Below are positions 7,821-15,387 of a DNA stretch of 32,000 nt, piece by piece. The notes under the pieces are model-generated. The model made no database searches and was not told the origin of the DNA. It was given only the letters and a program-made list of their open reading frames with translations. The translations under genes were made by a program, and so were the position numbers. Numbering within the stretch: the first letter of the stretch is position 1; the number at the start of each line of letters is the position of its first letter. The stretch lies in assembly GCF_000007225.1 (NCBI RefSeq), contig NC_003364.1, forward strand, positions 2,190,431 through 2,222,430. The letters run 5' to 3'. The stretch is from Pyrobaculum aerophilum str. IM2. GTDB taxonomy: Archaea > Thermoproteota > Thermoprotei > Thermoproteales > Thermoproteaceae.

Positions 7821-8160
7821 CTATATTCCTAGAGGGATGTTAAGAGGCGAAAGGGCTTAGCAACGGCATCTTTGTCAAGCCCCCATGTGGGCCGTATTGG
7901 CTAACCATTTCATTGGCCAATAAAACATTGAGTAATGAATGAGCTCAAGGCGTTGGAGTTCAAGGCCTCCGGGGGCTTTCAGCCTCTGCGAGAGAAAAGC
8001 GATAGTAGCTGACGCCTCGGCCGTAGCCGCCTACTTAAGCCCGCGTGGGAATAGCAGGCGAGCTGTTTCTCCCGGGCCTCCAGCCCGCGGATTTTTCCTC
8101 AAGAAACCTTTGGGTTTTCGCCCTTGGAAGACCTTATATATACGGGGCTGGATATTATTC

Positions 8161-8672
8161 GTGGAGATAAGACTTGAGTTGCCGGAAAAACTCATCAAGA
8201 GGATCGAGGAGCTTTCATTAAAAGAAGGCGGCACTGTCGAGGAGAAGGTGGCCGAGATTCTCTACCGCCATCTTGAGGACAACGACCCTGATTTAAAAGC
8301 GGAGATCCACTTGAAGTTATGTGAGAAATATCTAAGCGAAGCTGAGCAACTGGCACAGAGGGGGGATTACCTGCAAGCCTCTGAAAAGGCGTGGGGCGCT
8401 GCGGCGCAGTTAGTAAAGGCAGTGGCCGCCAAACGGGGAGTGGAGCTTAAGAGCCACGGCGATCTCTGGCGTTTTGTCACTAAGCTTAGGGAGGAGACGG
8501 GAGACGCCGAGGTGGGGAGGCTGTGGCATGTGGCGAACAGTTTATACGTAAATTTTACGAGGCATGGGCAACGCCGAAGCTCGTCAGAGACGCTATTAAA
8601 GACGTCAAGACTTTCGTCGAGAAATTAAAACAGCTTTTGCTCTCCACCGGGAAGTCTGGGGCGAATGGGTAA
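8161..8672 (+). pseudogene. PaREP1-family protein gene interrupted by a -1 frameshift in a T4 run
   Basis: The frame from GTG 8161 reads 'EIRLELPEKLIKRIEELS...LQASEKAWGAAAQLVKAVAAKRGVELKSHGDLWRFVTKLREETGDAEVGRLWHVANSLYVNF'. Shifting -1 at 8553-8556 (gtA AAT TTT Acg) continues it as 'YEAWATPKLVRDAIKDVKTFVEKLKQLLLSTGKSGANG*', ending at 8672. The zero frame instead gives 'TRHGQRRSSSETLL..' and stops at 8628. The upstream part of the listed ORF (7939-8160) looks non-coding. Confidence 0.6.
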
Positions 8673-8966
8673 AGCTGGCAGTTAGCATCTTGTGGCGACT
8701 CTCGGCAAGCCCTAAACGGCCTCTTCTCGGCGCTTGTGTCGGGCTTTATCTAATGAGCCGTAGTTCGCCGAGGGTAACGCGCCGTCCGTTATTACAGCTA
8801 TGCGGGCATAACGCCTGGCCTCTCACAATTAAAACGTCCCCTGAGAATAAGTTTCGGGCCGTTCCCGCGATAAGCCCCTTTTAAGGCCAAAGGTTACTGC
8901 CCATTAAGGCAAGCCGCTGGAGAGCCCTTGGCCCCTTTTCTAAATGCGGTGAAATATGGCGAATCC

Positions 8967-8998
8967 GGGGGGTTGAAAAACCCCTTTTTCTGGAAAAA
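8967..8998. terminator. hairpin flanked by T5 runs on both strands (bidirectional terminator candidate)
   Basis: GGGGTT (8969-8974), GAAA loop, AACCCC (8979-8984), followed by TTTTT (8985-8989) on plus. On minus, TTTTT (complement of 8994-8998) lies within 10 nt of the stop at 9004-9006. Oligo-T tracts are the known archaeal termination signal. Confidence 0.4.
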
Positions 8999-9003
8999 GG
9001 GCC

Positions 9004-10158
9004 TTAAGCCCACCAGTATTTCTCTCTGAGTATCTTCGCGGCCTTGACCATTGCTTTGAGTTTCTCTAAGGCCGCTTGTCTCGGGAAGGCCCGGTACATG
9101 CCGGGGGCAAAGCCGCAGTCTGGATTCAGCCAAATTCTCACCGGATCTACGTATTTCACAATTCTCTCCACGTGGGCGACTACCTCCTCAGGGGTTTCCA
9201 CGCGCTTGGGATCTCGCACGTCTATAGAGCCGAGGCCTATTTCCTTGTCGCTTGGGAGGATTTTGGCGAATTCCTCCGGGTTGCCCATCCGCGGGTGTTT
9301 ATACTCAACGACGTACTGTTTTACTTTCACGTCGAAAATCTGGGGGGCTAGCCTCTCGTACCCTACTATTGGCGAGTCCTCAGTTGGCCAGCGGTCTAGG
9401 TGCATGCCTATACGCACTGATGTGCCGAATCCTTGTACTACTTCGTTTACTAAATCCACTGCCAACTGTATCTCGTCCCTCAACCCCCTGTACTTCTGGC
9501 CGTATAGCTCAGAGGCTACTTGTTTATATCTGTCCGGCTTGTCGGGCTCGGCCTCTATTAAATCCCCCAACATGGGCTCGTCTAGCTGAATGAACGCAAC
9601 GCCGGCGTTTATAAGCCTGGAGATCTCATTGCGCAGTACTTTGACGTAGGCCTCGGCGGCGTCTTCAGGCCTGGGGTAGTAGGGCGCAGAGATCTTGGCG
9701 TGCCACGCCTCCCACATTATGAGGTATGGCGAGGGCAGAGTGACTTTCAGAGGCTTTTGCGTGACTTTTTTTGCATATTGAACTTCGTCTACTGCCAAGA
9801 CGCTGTCTTCAATATACCCGGCAATTACGGGGCGCCAAAGTGTTAGAGGCGCCTTGTATTTCTTCATAATCTCCTTGGCGCTGGGGTGTAACTCCTCCAC
9901 CCTCACTATTTTAAAGCCCTTTAGCTTCTGGCCCACAAAGGCCACAAAAGACGTCCTCCTCTGCTCGCCGTCTGTAATTACGTCTAGGCCTGCCTCTTCC
10001 TGGTCTTTAATTGCCAATTTCACCGCGTCGTCGAGATATTGGGAAAAAGTCTGCCGGTCGAGCTCCCCCTTTTCGTACTTCTCAAACGCCTCTATAAGCC
10101 ACGTAGGCCGCGGCCACGATCCGACTACTGATGTTATAAACGCCCTAGGCAGGGTCAT
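9004..10158 (-). CDS. cobalamin-independent methionine synthase (MetE catalytic-domain) family protein
   Basis: Contains 'ITSVVGSWPRPTWL', 'DVITDGEQRR', 'FIQLDEPML' and 'WLNPDCGFAP', which are blocks typical of the short archaeal MetE-like (Meth_synt_2) proteins. I chose ATG 10158 ('MTLPRAF...') because the TATA-like AAATTTTTAT (complement of 10181-10190) lies about 27 nt upstream. ATG 10173 is the alternative. Confidence 0.7.
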   Translation of the reverse strand: MTLPRAFITSVVGSWPRPTWLIEAFEKYEKGELDRQTFSQYLDDAVKLAIKDQEEAGLDVITDGEQRRTSFVAFVGQKLKGFKIVRVEELHPSAKEIMKKYKAPLTLWRPVIAGYIEDSVLAVDEVQYAKKVTQKPLKVTLPSPYLIMWEAWHAKISAPYYPRPEDAAEAYVKVLRNEISRLINAGVAFIQLDEPMLGDLIEAEPDKPDRYKQVASELYGQKYRGLRDEIQLAVDLVNEVVQGFGTSVRIGMHLDRWPTEDSPIVGYERLAPQIFDVKVKQYVVEYKHPRMGNPEEFAKILPSDKEIGLGSIDVRDPKRVETPEEVVAHVERIVKYVDPVRIWLNPDCGFAPGMYRAFPRQAALEKLKAMVKAAKILREKYWWA

Positions 10159-10180
10159 TAAAAACTCGGACATAACCCTT

Positions 10181-10210
10181 ATAAAAATTTTAGGCTGAGA
10201 TATTTTTAAA
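10181..10210. promoter_or_regulatory. two back-to-back TATA-like elements in the divergent spacer
   Basis: ATAAAAATTT (10181-10190) serves the minus gene and ATATTTTTAAA (10200-10210) lies about 26 nt upstream of the thiolase ATG at 10231. Confidence 0.4.
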
Positions 10211-10230
10211 CAAGAGCTATCCTTTCTGTT

Positions 10231-11439
10231 ATGTCCGTGGCTGGGAGAAGGCTTGACAACGTCTATCTAGTCGCGTTCTCTAGAACCGCCTTCACGAGGT
10301 TTTCGAGGAAAGAGCCTCAAAGAGACGACTTCTGGGACTTAAGGCCTGAGGAAATCGCCGCAGTGCCTGTGAGGGCGTTGTTAGAGAAAACAGGCGTGAG
10401 GCCTGAGGACGTGGAGGAGTTGCTCACGGGGACGGCGTTGCCAGTGGGGGAACAGTGGCTCTACGGCGGCAGGCACGTGGTCTTCGCCGCCAAGTTGCCG
10501 TACACAATCCCCGCCGCTCATATCGACAGGCAGTGCGCCTCGTCAATTACAACCGTGGGCTACGGCGCCATGGAAATAGCCACTGGGATGGCCGACATCG
10601 TAATAGCGGGAGGGGTGGAGAAAATGTCCAAGACCCCCATGTATGAAAACCCGCATATAGAAATCAACCCCAAGTTCCTCACAGACGACGAATATGTAAG
10701 GCTTTACAACTTGCCCATTGGCTACGTCATGGGCCTTACCGCGGAGAGGTTGGCGGAGATCTCCGGCATTAAAAGAGAGGAAATGGACGCCTGGTCTTTA
10801 AGAAGTCATAAAAGGGCAGCCGAGGCGTACGAAAAGGGCTATTTCAAAGACGAGATAGTGCCCGTGGCTGTGGAGCGGGAGGGACAGAGGAAAATAGTTG
10901 ATAGGGACCAGTCTATTAGGCCGGACACCTCGCTTGAGGCCCTCGCCAAACTCCCGCCGGCGTTTAAGCCAGACGGAGTAATTACAGCGGGCAACTCATC
11001 GCCGCTTAATTCAGGCGCCGCATATGTAATGTTGGCTTCGGGGGAGGCGGTGAAGAAATACGGCCTCCAGCCAATGGCGAAAATTAGAGCGGTGGCCTTC
11101 GCCGGAGTTCCGCCGGAGGTTATGGGGATGGGGCCCGTCCCCGCCTCGCGGAAAGCCCTTGAAAAGGCCGGCCTCACCGTGAAACAAATAGGGAGGTGGG
11201 AGATAAACGAGGCCTTTGCCGTGGTGACTCTATACGCCATTAGAGAGCTGGGCATAGACCCGGAGTTAGTGAACACCAGGGGAGGGGCAATAGCCATCGG
11301 CCACCCCCTGGGCGCCACGGGGGCGCGGATTATAGGCACACTTGCCAGACAGATGCAATTAGACGGAGTTGACTACGGCGTCGCTACGTTGTGTGTCGGC
11401 GGCGGGCAGGGAGCGGCCGTTGTTTTAGAAAGGGTATAA
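10231..11439 (+). CDS. acetyl-CoA C-acetyltransferase (thiolase)
   Basis: Has the acyl-enzyme cysteine block 'HIDRQCASSITTV', then 'NEAFA', 'GHPLGATGARI' and the C-terminal 'CVGGGQGAAVVLE'. The 402-aa length is typical of thiolases. Confidence 0.9.
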   Translation: MSVAGRRLDNVYLVAFSRTAFTRFSRKEPQRDDFWDLRPEEIAAVPVRALLEKTGVRPEDVEELLTGTALPVGEQWLYGGRHVVFAAKLPYTIPAAHIDRQCASSITTVGYGAMEIATGMADIVIAGGVEKMSKTPMYENPHIEINPKFLTDDEYVRLYNLPIGYVMGLTAERLAEISGIKREEMDAWSLRSHKRAAEAYEKGYFKDEIVPVAVEREGQRKIVDRDQSIRPDTSLEALAKLPPAFKPDGVITAGNSSPLNSGAAYVMLASGEAVKKYGLQPMAKIRAVAFAGVPPEVMGMGPVPASRKALEKAGLTVKQIGRWEINEAFAVVTLYAIRELGIDPELVNTRGGAIAIGHPLGATGARIIGTLARQMQLDGVDYGVATLCVGGGQGAAVVLERV

Positions 11440-11474
11440 GAGACAGATTTATAACACACAAGTTTTTTATCCCC

Positions 11475-12908
11475 ATGCGCTTCGTCCTTGTAGTACTGGT
11501 TTTGGCGCTTACTGTCTTTTCGGCGACAATCCTCACCCGCGCCGACCAGGCCTCAATTGACGCCGCCCTCCCCGTGTTGCAGAAATACTTCCCCGACGTG
11601 AAGCTCATACCCGCAGATCCGACGCAGTGGAGAGCGCTTATTGATAGAGGCGGCGTCGATTTCTTATGGGCGGGCGCCCCCGTTCTATACGAGGCCTTGT
11701 TAAAAGAGGGCTATCTTGCGCCTATGCCGGAGGTACAAGAGCTTAAAAACCTCCCGGACAGCGTTGGGAATATAAGGCTAAAGAGAATAGGCCCAGACGG
11801 CAAGGTTTACTACGTGATATACGGCCTCATTGGATACGTGATAGGCTACAGCAGAGAGGCCTTGGACAAAGCCGGCGTTAAGCCAGTGTGTAGCTGGCGG
11901 GATTTGGCCTCGCTTAATTTGACAAAATACTACCTAGACACCGGCGTCAAGCCCGTAGTCCTCGCCCGGCCGACGAAGTCCACCTCTACAGCCGCTATGA
12001 TGCAATTAGTCACTGAGATATACGGGTGGGAAGAGGGTTGGAAATACCTCACTTCTATGGCGGCCATCGCCCGCTTTGTTGACTCCAGCGGCGCGGTGAG
12101 GGACACTGTAAAGAGGGGGGAGGCCCTCTTCGGCCCCATGGTTGATTACTACGTCTTTATCGCAGGGCTTGACTACTGCATTCCCGCAGACGGTACTGAC
12201 ATCCTCTTCGATCCCATTGCGGTGCCCAGGGGGGCCAACGCCACAGTGGCAACAGTGTTGACCCGGGTATTCCTAACTGAAATGAAGAAGAGGCTGGTGG
12301 ACAGGTACATACTGCCGGGGAACCCCGCCGTGCTTGACTCCCCAGAGGTAAATCGCACTAAGGCAGCGGTGTTGAAAAACCACCTCCAAAGGCTGATGAG
12401 CGCGAAGATCATGTCCGTGCCTCCTGAGAAAAGCGCATCTTATTACTACTCCTTTATTTACTACTACGAGGCGACTCTGGTGGATTTACAAGACGTTTTG
12501 ACAGACACTTGGAGCGGAATAGTGAGGGCCTACATATCGGGCCAAATCACGAGGGAGCAGTTTGAAAAATTGTGGAGACTCCTGGGGGCCCCCGTCAACT
12601 ACACAGATCCCGAGACGGGGCAGACAAGAACTTTTATATATCAGACAGCTGTGGAGATAAACGACAGAATTGGGAGAGACGCGGCCTATAGAGATAAGGT
12701 ATATCAAGCGTGGCGCGAGGCCGCGAGGGCAAAATACCAACAGGTGGGCAAGTTGCTCCAGCAGTACGTTGAGGAAAACGCGGCTAAAACCCCGGCGGCC
12801 CAGCCAGCGGCTCAGAACAACGTGCTGCCCCTCTTGGTTATTCTTGTCATTATCGCCGTGGCGGCAATTGTGATATTGGCCAGGAGAAAGACGGCACAAG
12901 CGTCTTAA
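11475..12908 (+). CDS. exported, C-terminally membrane-anchored protein, probably an ABC-type solute-binding (periplasmic-binding-fold) protein
   Basis: I take ATG 11475 ('MRFVLVVLVLALTVFSATILTRA', a signal peptide). The listed start 11391 overlaps the thiolase 3' end and encodes an Arg-rich stretch. The C-terminus 'LPLLVILVIIAVAAIVILARRK' is a TM anchor. The solute-binding call rests only on overall resemblance and is weak. Confidence 0.55.
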   Translation: MRFVLVVLVLALTVFSATILTRADQASIDAALPVLQKYFPDVKLIPADPTQWRALIDRGGVDFLWAGAPVLYEALLKEGYLAPMPEVQELKNLPDSVGNIRLKRIGPDGKVYYVIYGLIGYVIGYSREALDKAGVKPVCSWRDLASLNLTKYYLDTGVKPVVLARPTKSTSTAAMMQLVTEIYGWEEGWKYLTSMAAIARFVDSSGAVRDTVKRGEALFGPMVDYYVFIAGLDYCIPADGTDILFDPIAVPRGANATVATVLTRVFLTEMKKRLVDRYILPGNPAVLDSPEVNRTKAAVLKNHLQRLMSAKIMSVPPEKSASYYYSFIYYYEATLVDLQDVLTDTWSGIVRAYISGQITREQFEKLWRLLGAPVNYTDPETGQTRTFIYQTAVEINDRIGRDAAYRDKVYQAWREAARAKYQQVGKLLQQYVEENAAKTPAAQPAAQNNVLPLLVILVIIAVAAIVILARRKTAQAS

Positions 12909-13270
12909 CGGACTCCGACGGCCAACTCCTCCAAGAGCCTTTTAATTTTCTCGACGGCATAGAGAACCTCCTCGGGCTGATAAACGCCCTCGTAAAACGC
13001 CTCTTCGTGGAGCGTTTTCATGAGATCGCTGTAAAGAGCGCGGAGATCCTCCCTGCCCAGTTCTCTTAACATTTTCCGCCGCTCTGCATGGCTCCTAGGC
13101 ACTATCCCCGTCTGGGTTGCTATATAGGCATTGATGGTCAATACCAAGGCTAAAAAGGCCTTGTCCGCTGCGTTGCGGTATAGGAATATGTCTTTTGTCT
13201 TAAGTGCTCTTTCCAGCTCCTCTACGGCGTATTGCAGAATTTCCCTCGCCGTCTCTAATTCCGTTTTCAC
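12905..13270 (-). CDS. PaREP1/PaREP8-type helical protein
   Basis: 121-aa all-helical sequence with 'AADKAFLALVLTINAYI...PRSHAERRKMLRELGREDLRALYSDLMKTLHEEAFYEG'. The motif order (A.KA...A, SH, LH..FYEG) is the same as in the PaREP1 genes at 8161 and 21353. Confidence 0.55.
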   Translation of the reverse strand: MKTELETAREILQYAVEELERALKTKDIFLYRNAADKAFLALVLTINAYIATQTGIVPRSHAERRKMLRELGREDLRALYSDLMKTLHEEAFYEGVYQPEEVLYAVEKIKRLLEELAVGVR

Positions 13271-13313
13271 ATAATAGAGGATTTGTGGCTTTATTAGGAT
13301 TACAGAGTGCGGG

Positions 13314-13571
13314 TTATATCCCCAGCGTGTCCAACAGCCACTTCCACTGGCTGTACGCCTCTAAAAACTTGAGACCTTCTGGCGTTATGCATATCTCACT
13401 GCCCTTATCTGTTACAAACCCCCTCTCGGCTAACGCCTTTATTATTTTAGCCATTCTATCATATGCGAGATTAGCCTCCGTTGCTATGTGTGTGGGCTTT
13501 TTACACCCTTTAGATAGGACTTGTAAAATATCCACTACTATCTCCAGCCTACTTCGCCTTTTGCGAGCCAT
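13314..13571 (-). CDS. small winged-helix DNA-binding protein
   Basis: 'RSRLEIVVDILQVLSKGCKKPTHIATEANLAYDRMAKIIKALAERGFVTDKGSEICITPEGLKFLE' is a typical stand-alone archaeal wHTH of 85 aa. Its start overlaps the upstream membrane-protein gene by 23 nt. Confidence 0.7.
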   Translation of the reverse strand: MARKRRSRLEIVVDILQVLSKGCKKPTHIATEANLAYDRMAKIIKALAERGFVTDKGSEICITPEGLKFLEAYSQWKWLLDTLGI

Positions 13572-14091
13572 AAATCACGCCGAGCGTTAAAAAGACCGCT
13601 GTGAGCAGTCTAGCCACTAAGTCAAGATTTGAAAGAAGCGGGGCCACGAGGGAGAGGGCGTAGGAGATAAAGGCCAGGGAGATAAACGGCGGGTTGCGCC
13701 TCTCCAGCGATTTAATTAAAGTGACGGCGGCTATGTACAAAGAGAGTAATGCGTTTATTGGGACCAGAATAATGACGGGCGGCAGTACGGCGTAAAATAA
13801 AGACGGCGTGACTGCCACTGCGATGGGCACAAGGGCGGCGAGGCTGAGCAGTTGTATTACCGCTCTGAAAAAGGTCTCTTGCCTTCTAATAAACTGCATG
13901 GGGGCCTCTCCAAGGAGGTTATTTAGATATATATCCACGACTGCTTCTATAATTAACGACGCGGCTAACATTACTAAGCCGAAGGAGTATAGAGAAAGCC
14001 TCCAGTCAATTAAGCTGCGCCAAGCTTGAAAAATTTTATAGGCTACGTACAGGGCTAAGACGGCTATTATTATATCAGGTATAAAGAGCAT
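13549..14091 (-). CDS. polytopic membrane protein, function unknown
   Basis: 180 aa with five to six hydrophobic helices. Its ATG (14091) directly abuts the stop (14092-14094) of the FtsX-type permease gene. Confidence 0.65.
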   Translation of the reverse strand: MLFIPDIIIAVLALYVAYKIFQAWRSLIDWRLSLYSFGLVMLAASLIIEAVVDIYLNNLLGEAPMQFIRRQETFFRAVIQLLSLAALVPIAVAVTPSLFYAVLPPVIILVPINALLSLYIAAVTLIKSLERRNPPFISLAFISYALSLVAPLLSNLDLVARLLTAVFLTLGVIYGSQKAK

Positions 14092-15306
14092 TTACTCATA
14101 TCTCAGCGCCGACACTATATTAATTCTCCCCGCCCTATAAGCGGGGAGGAATGCCCCCATTAAGTTTATAGCCACGACTAAAGCCGCTGTAGCGGCCACT
14201 AAGAGGGGGTCGAGGACTAGGGAAGTTATGGCGAAGGCGCTTCCTTGAGGACCGGCGAAGCCCCCTGGAAAGCCCGCCCTAGGCGGTTGAGGCCCGGCGT
14301 TGCCCATGAAGGGCAAGCCGCTCTGGGAGAGGGGTATTAATAAGGCGGTTCCGACCAACACGCCAATTCCGGCGATAATCAAGGCCTCGGTGAGGAACAT
14401 CAACATTACGTGTCTCTTCTTAAAGCCCAGGGCTCTTAAGATGCCTATTTCCTTTGTCCTTTGTACTACGCTTATGGACATGGTGTCGTACAGCCAGAGG
14501 GCGGTTATCACAGTGCTAACCCCCGCTATCAGCCCTAGGAACAACTGGAAAGAGGTCAAGTAGCTGTTTATTGTTTGTAGAATTGCCTGCGGCGAGATTA
14601 CGTCTACATTGGGAAAGTTCGCCCTCACGTCGTTAGAGACGGAGTCTATAAGCGAGGAGTCCTTAAGGTACAGAACTACTACGTTATAACTAGATATGCC
14701 CGTGATTTGGCGGAAGGCGGAGAGGTCCATCACCACGCCTCTCGACGTGTCTATAAAGCCCAGCGACCCAGTGGCTAAAATGCCCGACGCTACGGCTGTT
14801 ACGGACTTCCTGCCTATTATTAAAGATACTGGAGACCCCACTGCCACTCTCTGCTGTCCGGTGGAGCGGTCAAAGGCCACATAATATCCAACTAATATTA
14901 AATTTGACCCCACTACCAGCTGTCCGTCGTAAAGCGCCGTGGGCGGTAAGAGCTGTCTTAAAAGCGCGGGGTCAACGCCGTAAATAGTAACTGGAGTCTG
15001 TCCAGTAATACCGGCGACGCGCACAGAGCCCCTCGCAGTTGCAATGGGAATGGCAGTCTCAACGCCGTTTATTGTAGACAATGTGCCCACATCGGCGTCT
15101 GTGAACTGGGCCCCAGTGACGTATATCACATTTGTCTGGAAATTAGAGGTGAAAAACCGCGTTGTGTAGTCTTTAAACGTCTGCCCTAAGAGTAGGGCGT
15201 AGCTGAGGGCCGTGAAGGCGATGACTACGCCGATAATTGCGCCAATAGTGCGGCCCTTCCTCTCCCACAGAGCGTTCCACGCAAGTCTTAGGACTTCTGA
15301 AAGCAT
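14092..15306 (-). CDS. FtsX/MacB-type ABC transporter permease (paralog A)
   Basis: Layout is TM1 'GRTIGAIIGVVIAFTALSYALLL', an extracytoplasmic domain of about 200 aa, then the FtsX block 'FLGLIAGVSTVITALWLYDTMSISVVQRTKEIGILRALGFKKRHVMLMFLTEALIIAG' and the tail 'PAYRAGRINIVSALRYE'. I chose ATG 15306 ('MLSEVLRLAW') because it aligns with the paralog start 'MYWEVIRLSW' and TTTATATAAT (15327-15336) lies about 25 nt upstream. GTG 15318 is the alternative. Confidence 0.85.
   Translation of the reverse strand: MLSEVLRLAWNALWERKGRTIGAIIGVVIAFTALSYALLLGQTFKDYTTRFFTSNFQTNVIYVTGAQFTDADVGTLSTINGVETAIPIATARGSVRVAGITGQTPVTIYGVDPALLRQLLPPTALYDGQLVVGSNLILVGYYVAFDRSTGQQRVAVGSPVSLIIGRKSVTAVASGILATGSLGFIDTSRGVVMDLSAFRQITGISSYNVVVLYLKDSSLIDSVSNDVRANFPNVDVISPQAILQTINSYLTSFQLFLGLIAGVSTVITALWLYDTMSISVVQRTKEIGILRALGFKKRHVMLMFLTEALIIAGIGVLVGTALLIPLSQSGLPFMGNAGPQPPRAGFPGGFAGPQGSAFAITSLVLDPLLVAATAALVVAINLMGAFLPAYRAGRINIVSALRYE
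14489..14544 (-). repeat. 56-nt perfect inverted copy of 27867-27922 (inside FtsX paralog A)
   Basis: I read the reverse complement base by base and it is identical to 27867-27922. The match extends to 80 nt with 2 mismatches. It encodes 'LFLGLIAGVSTVITALWLY'. Confidence 0.9.
15169..15274 (-). repeat. 106-nt perfect inverted copy of 27137-27242 (5' part of FtsX paralog A)
   Basis: I checked the reverse complement of 15169-15274 in 10-nt blocks against 27137-27242 and found 106/106 identical. The flanks diverge immediately. It encodes 'ALWERKGRTIGAIIGVVIAFTALSYALLLGQTFKD'. Confidence 0.95.
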
Positions 15307-15326
15307 GAAACGCGACACGTGCTGAG

Positions 15327-15369
15327 TTTATATAATGAATTCACTTTAAGTGAGTATAGTTTTTAAATA
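15327..15369. promoter_or_regulatory. pair of divergent TATA-like elements
   Basis: TTTATATAAT (15327-15336) lies about 25 nt from the minus ATG at 15306. TTTTTAAATA (15360-15369) lies about 24 nt from the plus ATG at 15388. Confidence 0.45.
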
Positions 15370-15387
15370 CGCCACGGCCGCGTGTCC

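Noticed and set aside
7878-7974. tRNA-like arrangement: AGCCCCC ... GGAGTTCAAGGCCTCC GGGGGCT (7-bp acceptor-like pairing plus a TTCAAGG T-loop-like motif)
   Set aside because: The putative T arm has only 4 bp with an 8-nt loop. The D region would need a 14-nt loop, no canonical anticodon loop or bulge-helix-bulge intron can be drawn, and the stems are AT-rich, unlike hyperthermophile tRNAs. At most it is a tRNA-derived fragment, and I cannot support even that.
7939-8160. N-terminal 74 codons of the listed ORF 7939..8628
   Set aside because: The sequence is Arg/Ser/Pro-rich and unlike the PaREP1 family. The family-like sequence starts at GTG 8161, preceded by TATATATAC about 20 nt upstream.
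9044-10198. Four plus-strand ORFs (9044..9589, 9076..9351, 9252..9593, 9854..10198) opposite the MetE-like gene
   Set aside because: All are antisense or alternative frames of a CDS that carries clear family motifs. Their sequences are Ser/Arg/Leu-rich and low in information.
10839-11339. 166-aa ORF antisense to the thiolase gene, and similar shadow ORFs at 12486..12899, 25529..25981, 26637..27044 and 30347..30778
   Set aside because: Each is contained in a better-supported CDS on the other strand or in another frame, and none has a recognisable motif.
11391-11474. Upstream extension of the solute-binding-like ORF
   Set aside because: It overlaps the thiolase 3' end and encodes 'CRRRAGSGRCFRKG'. 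ATG 11475 gives a clean signal peptide.
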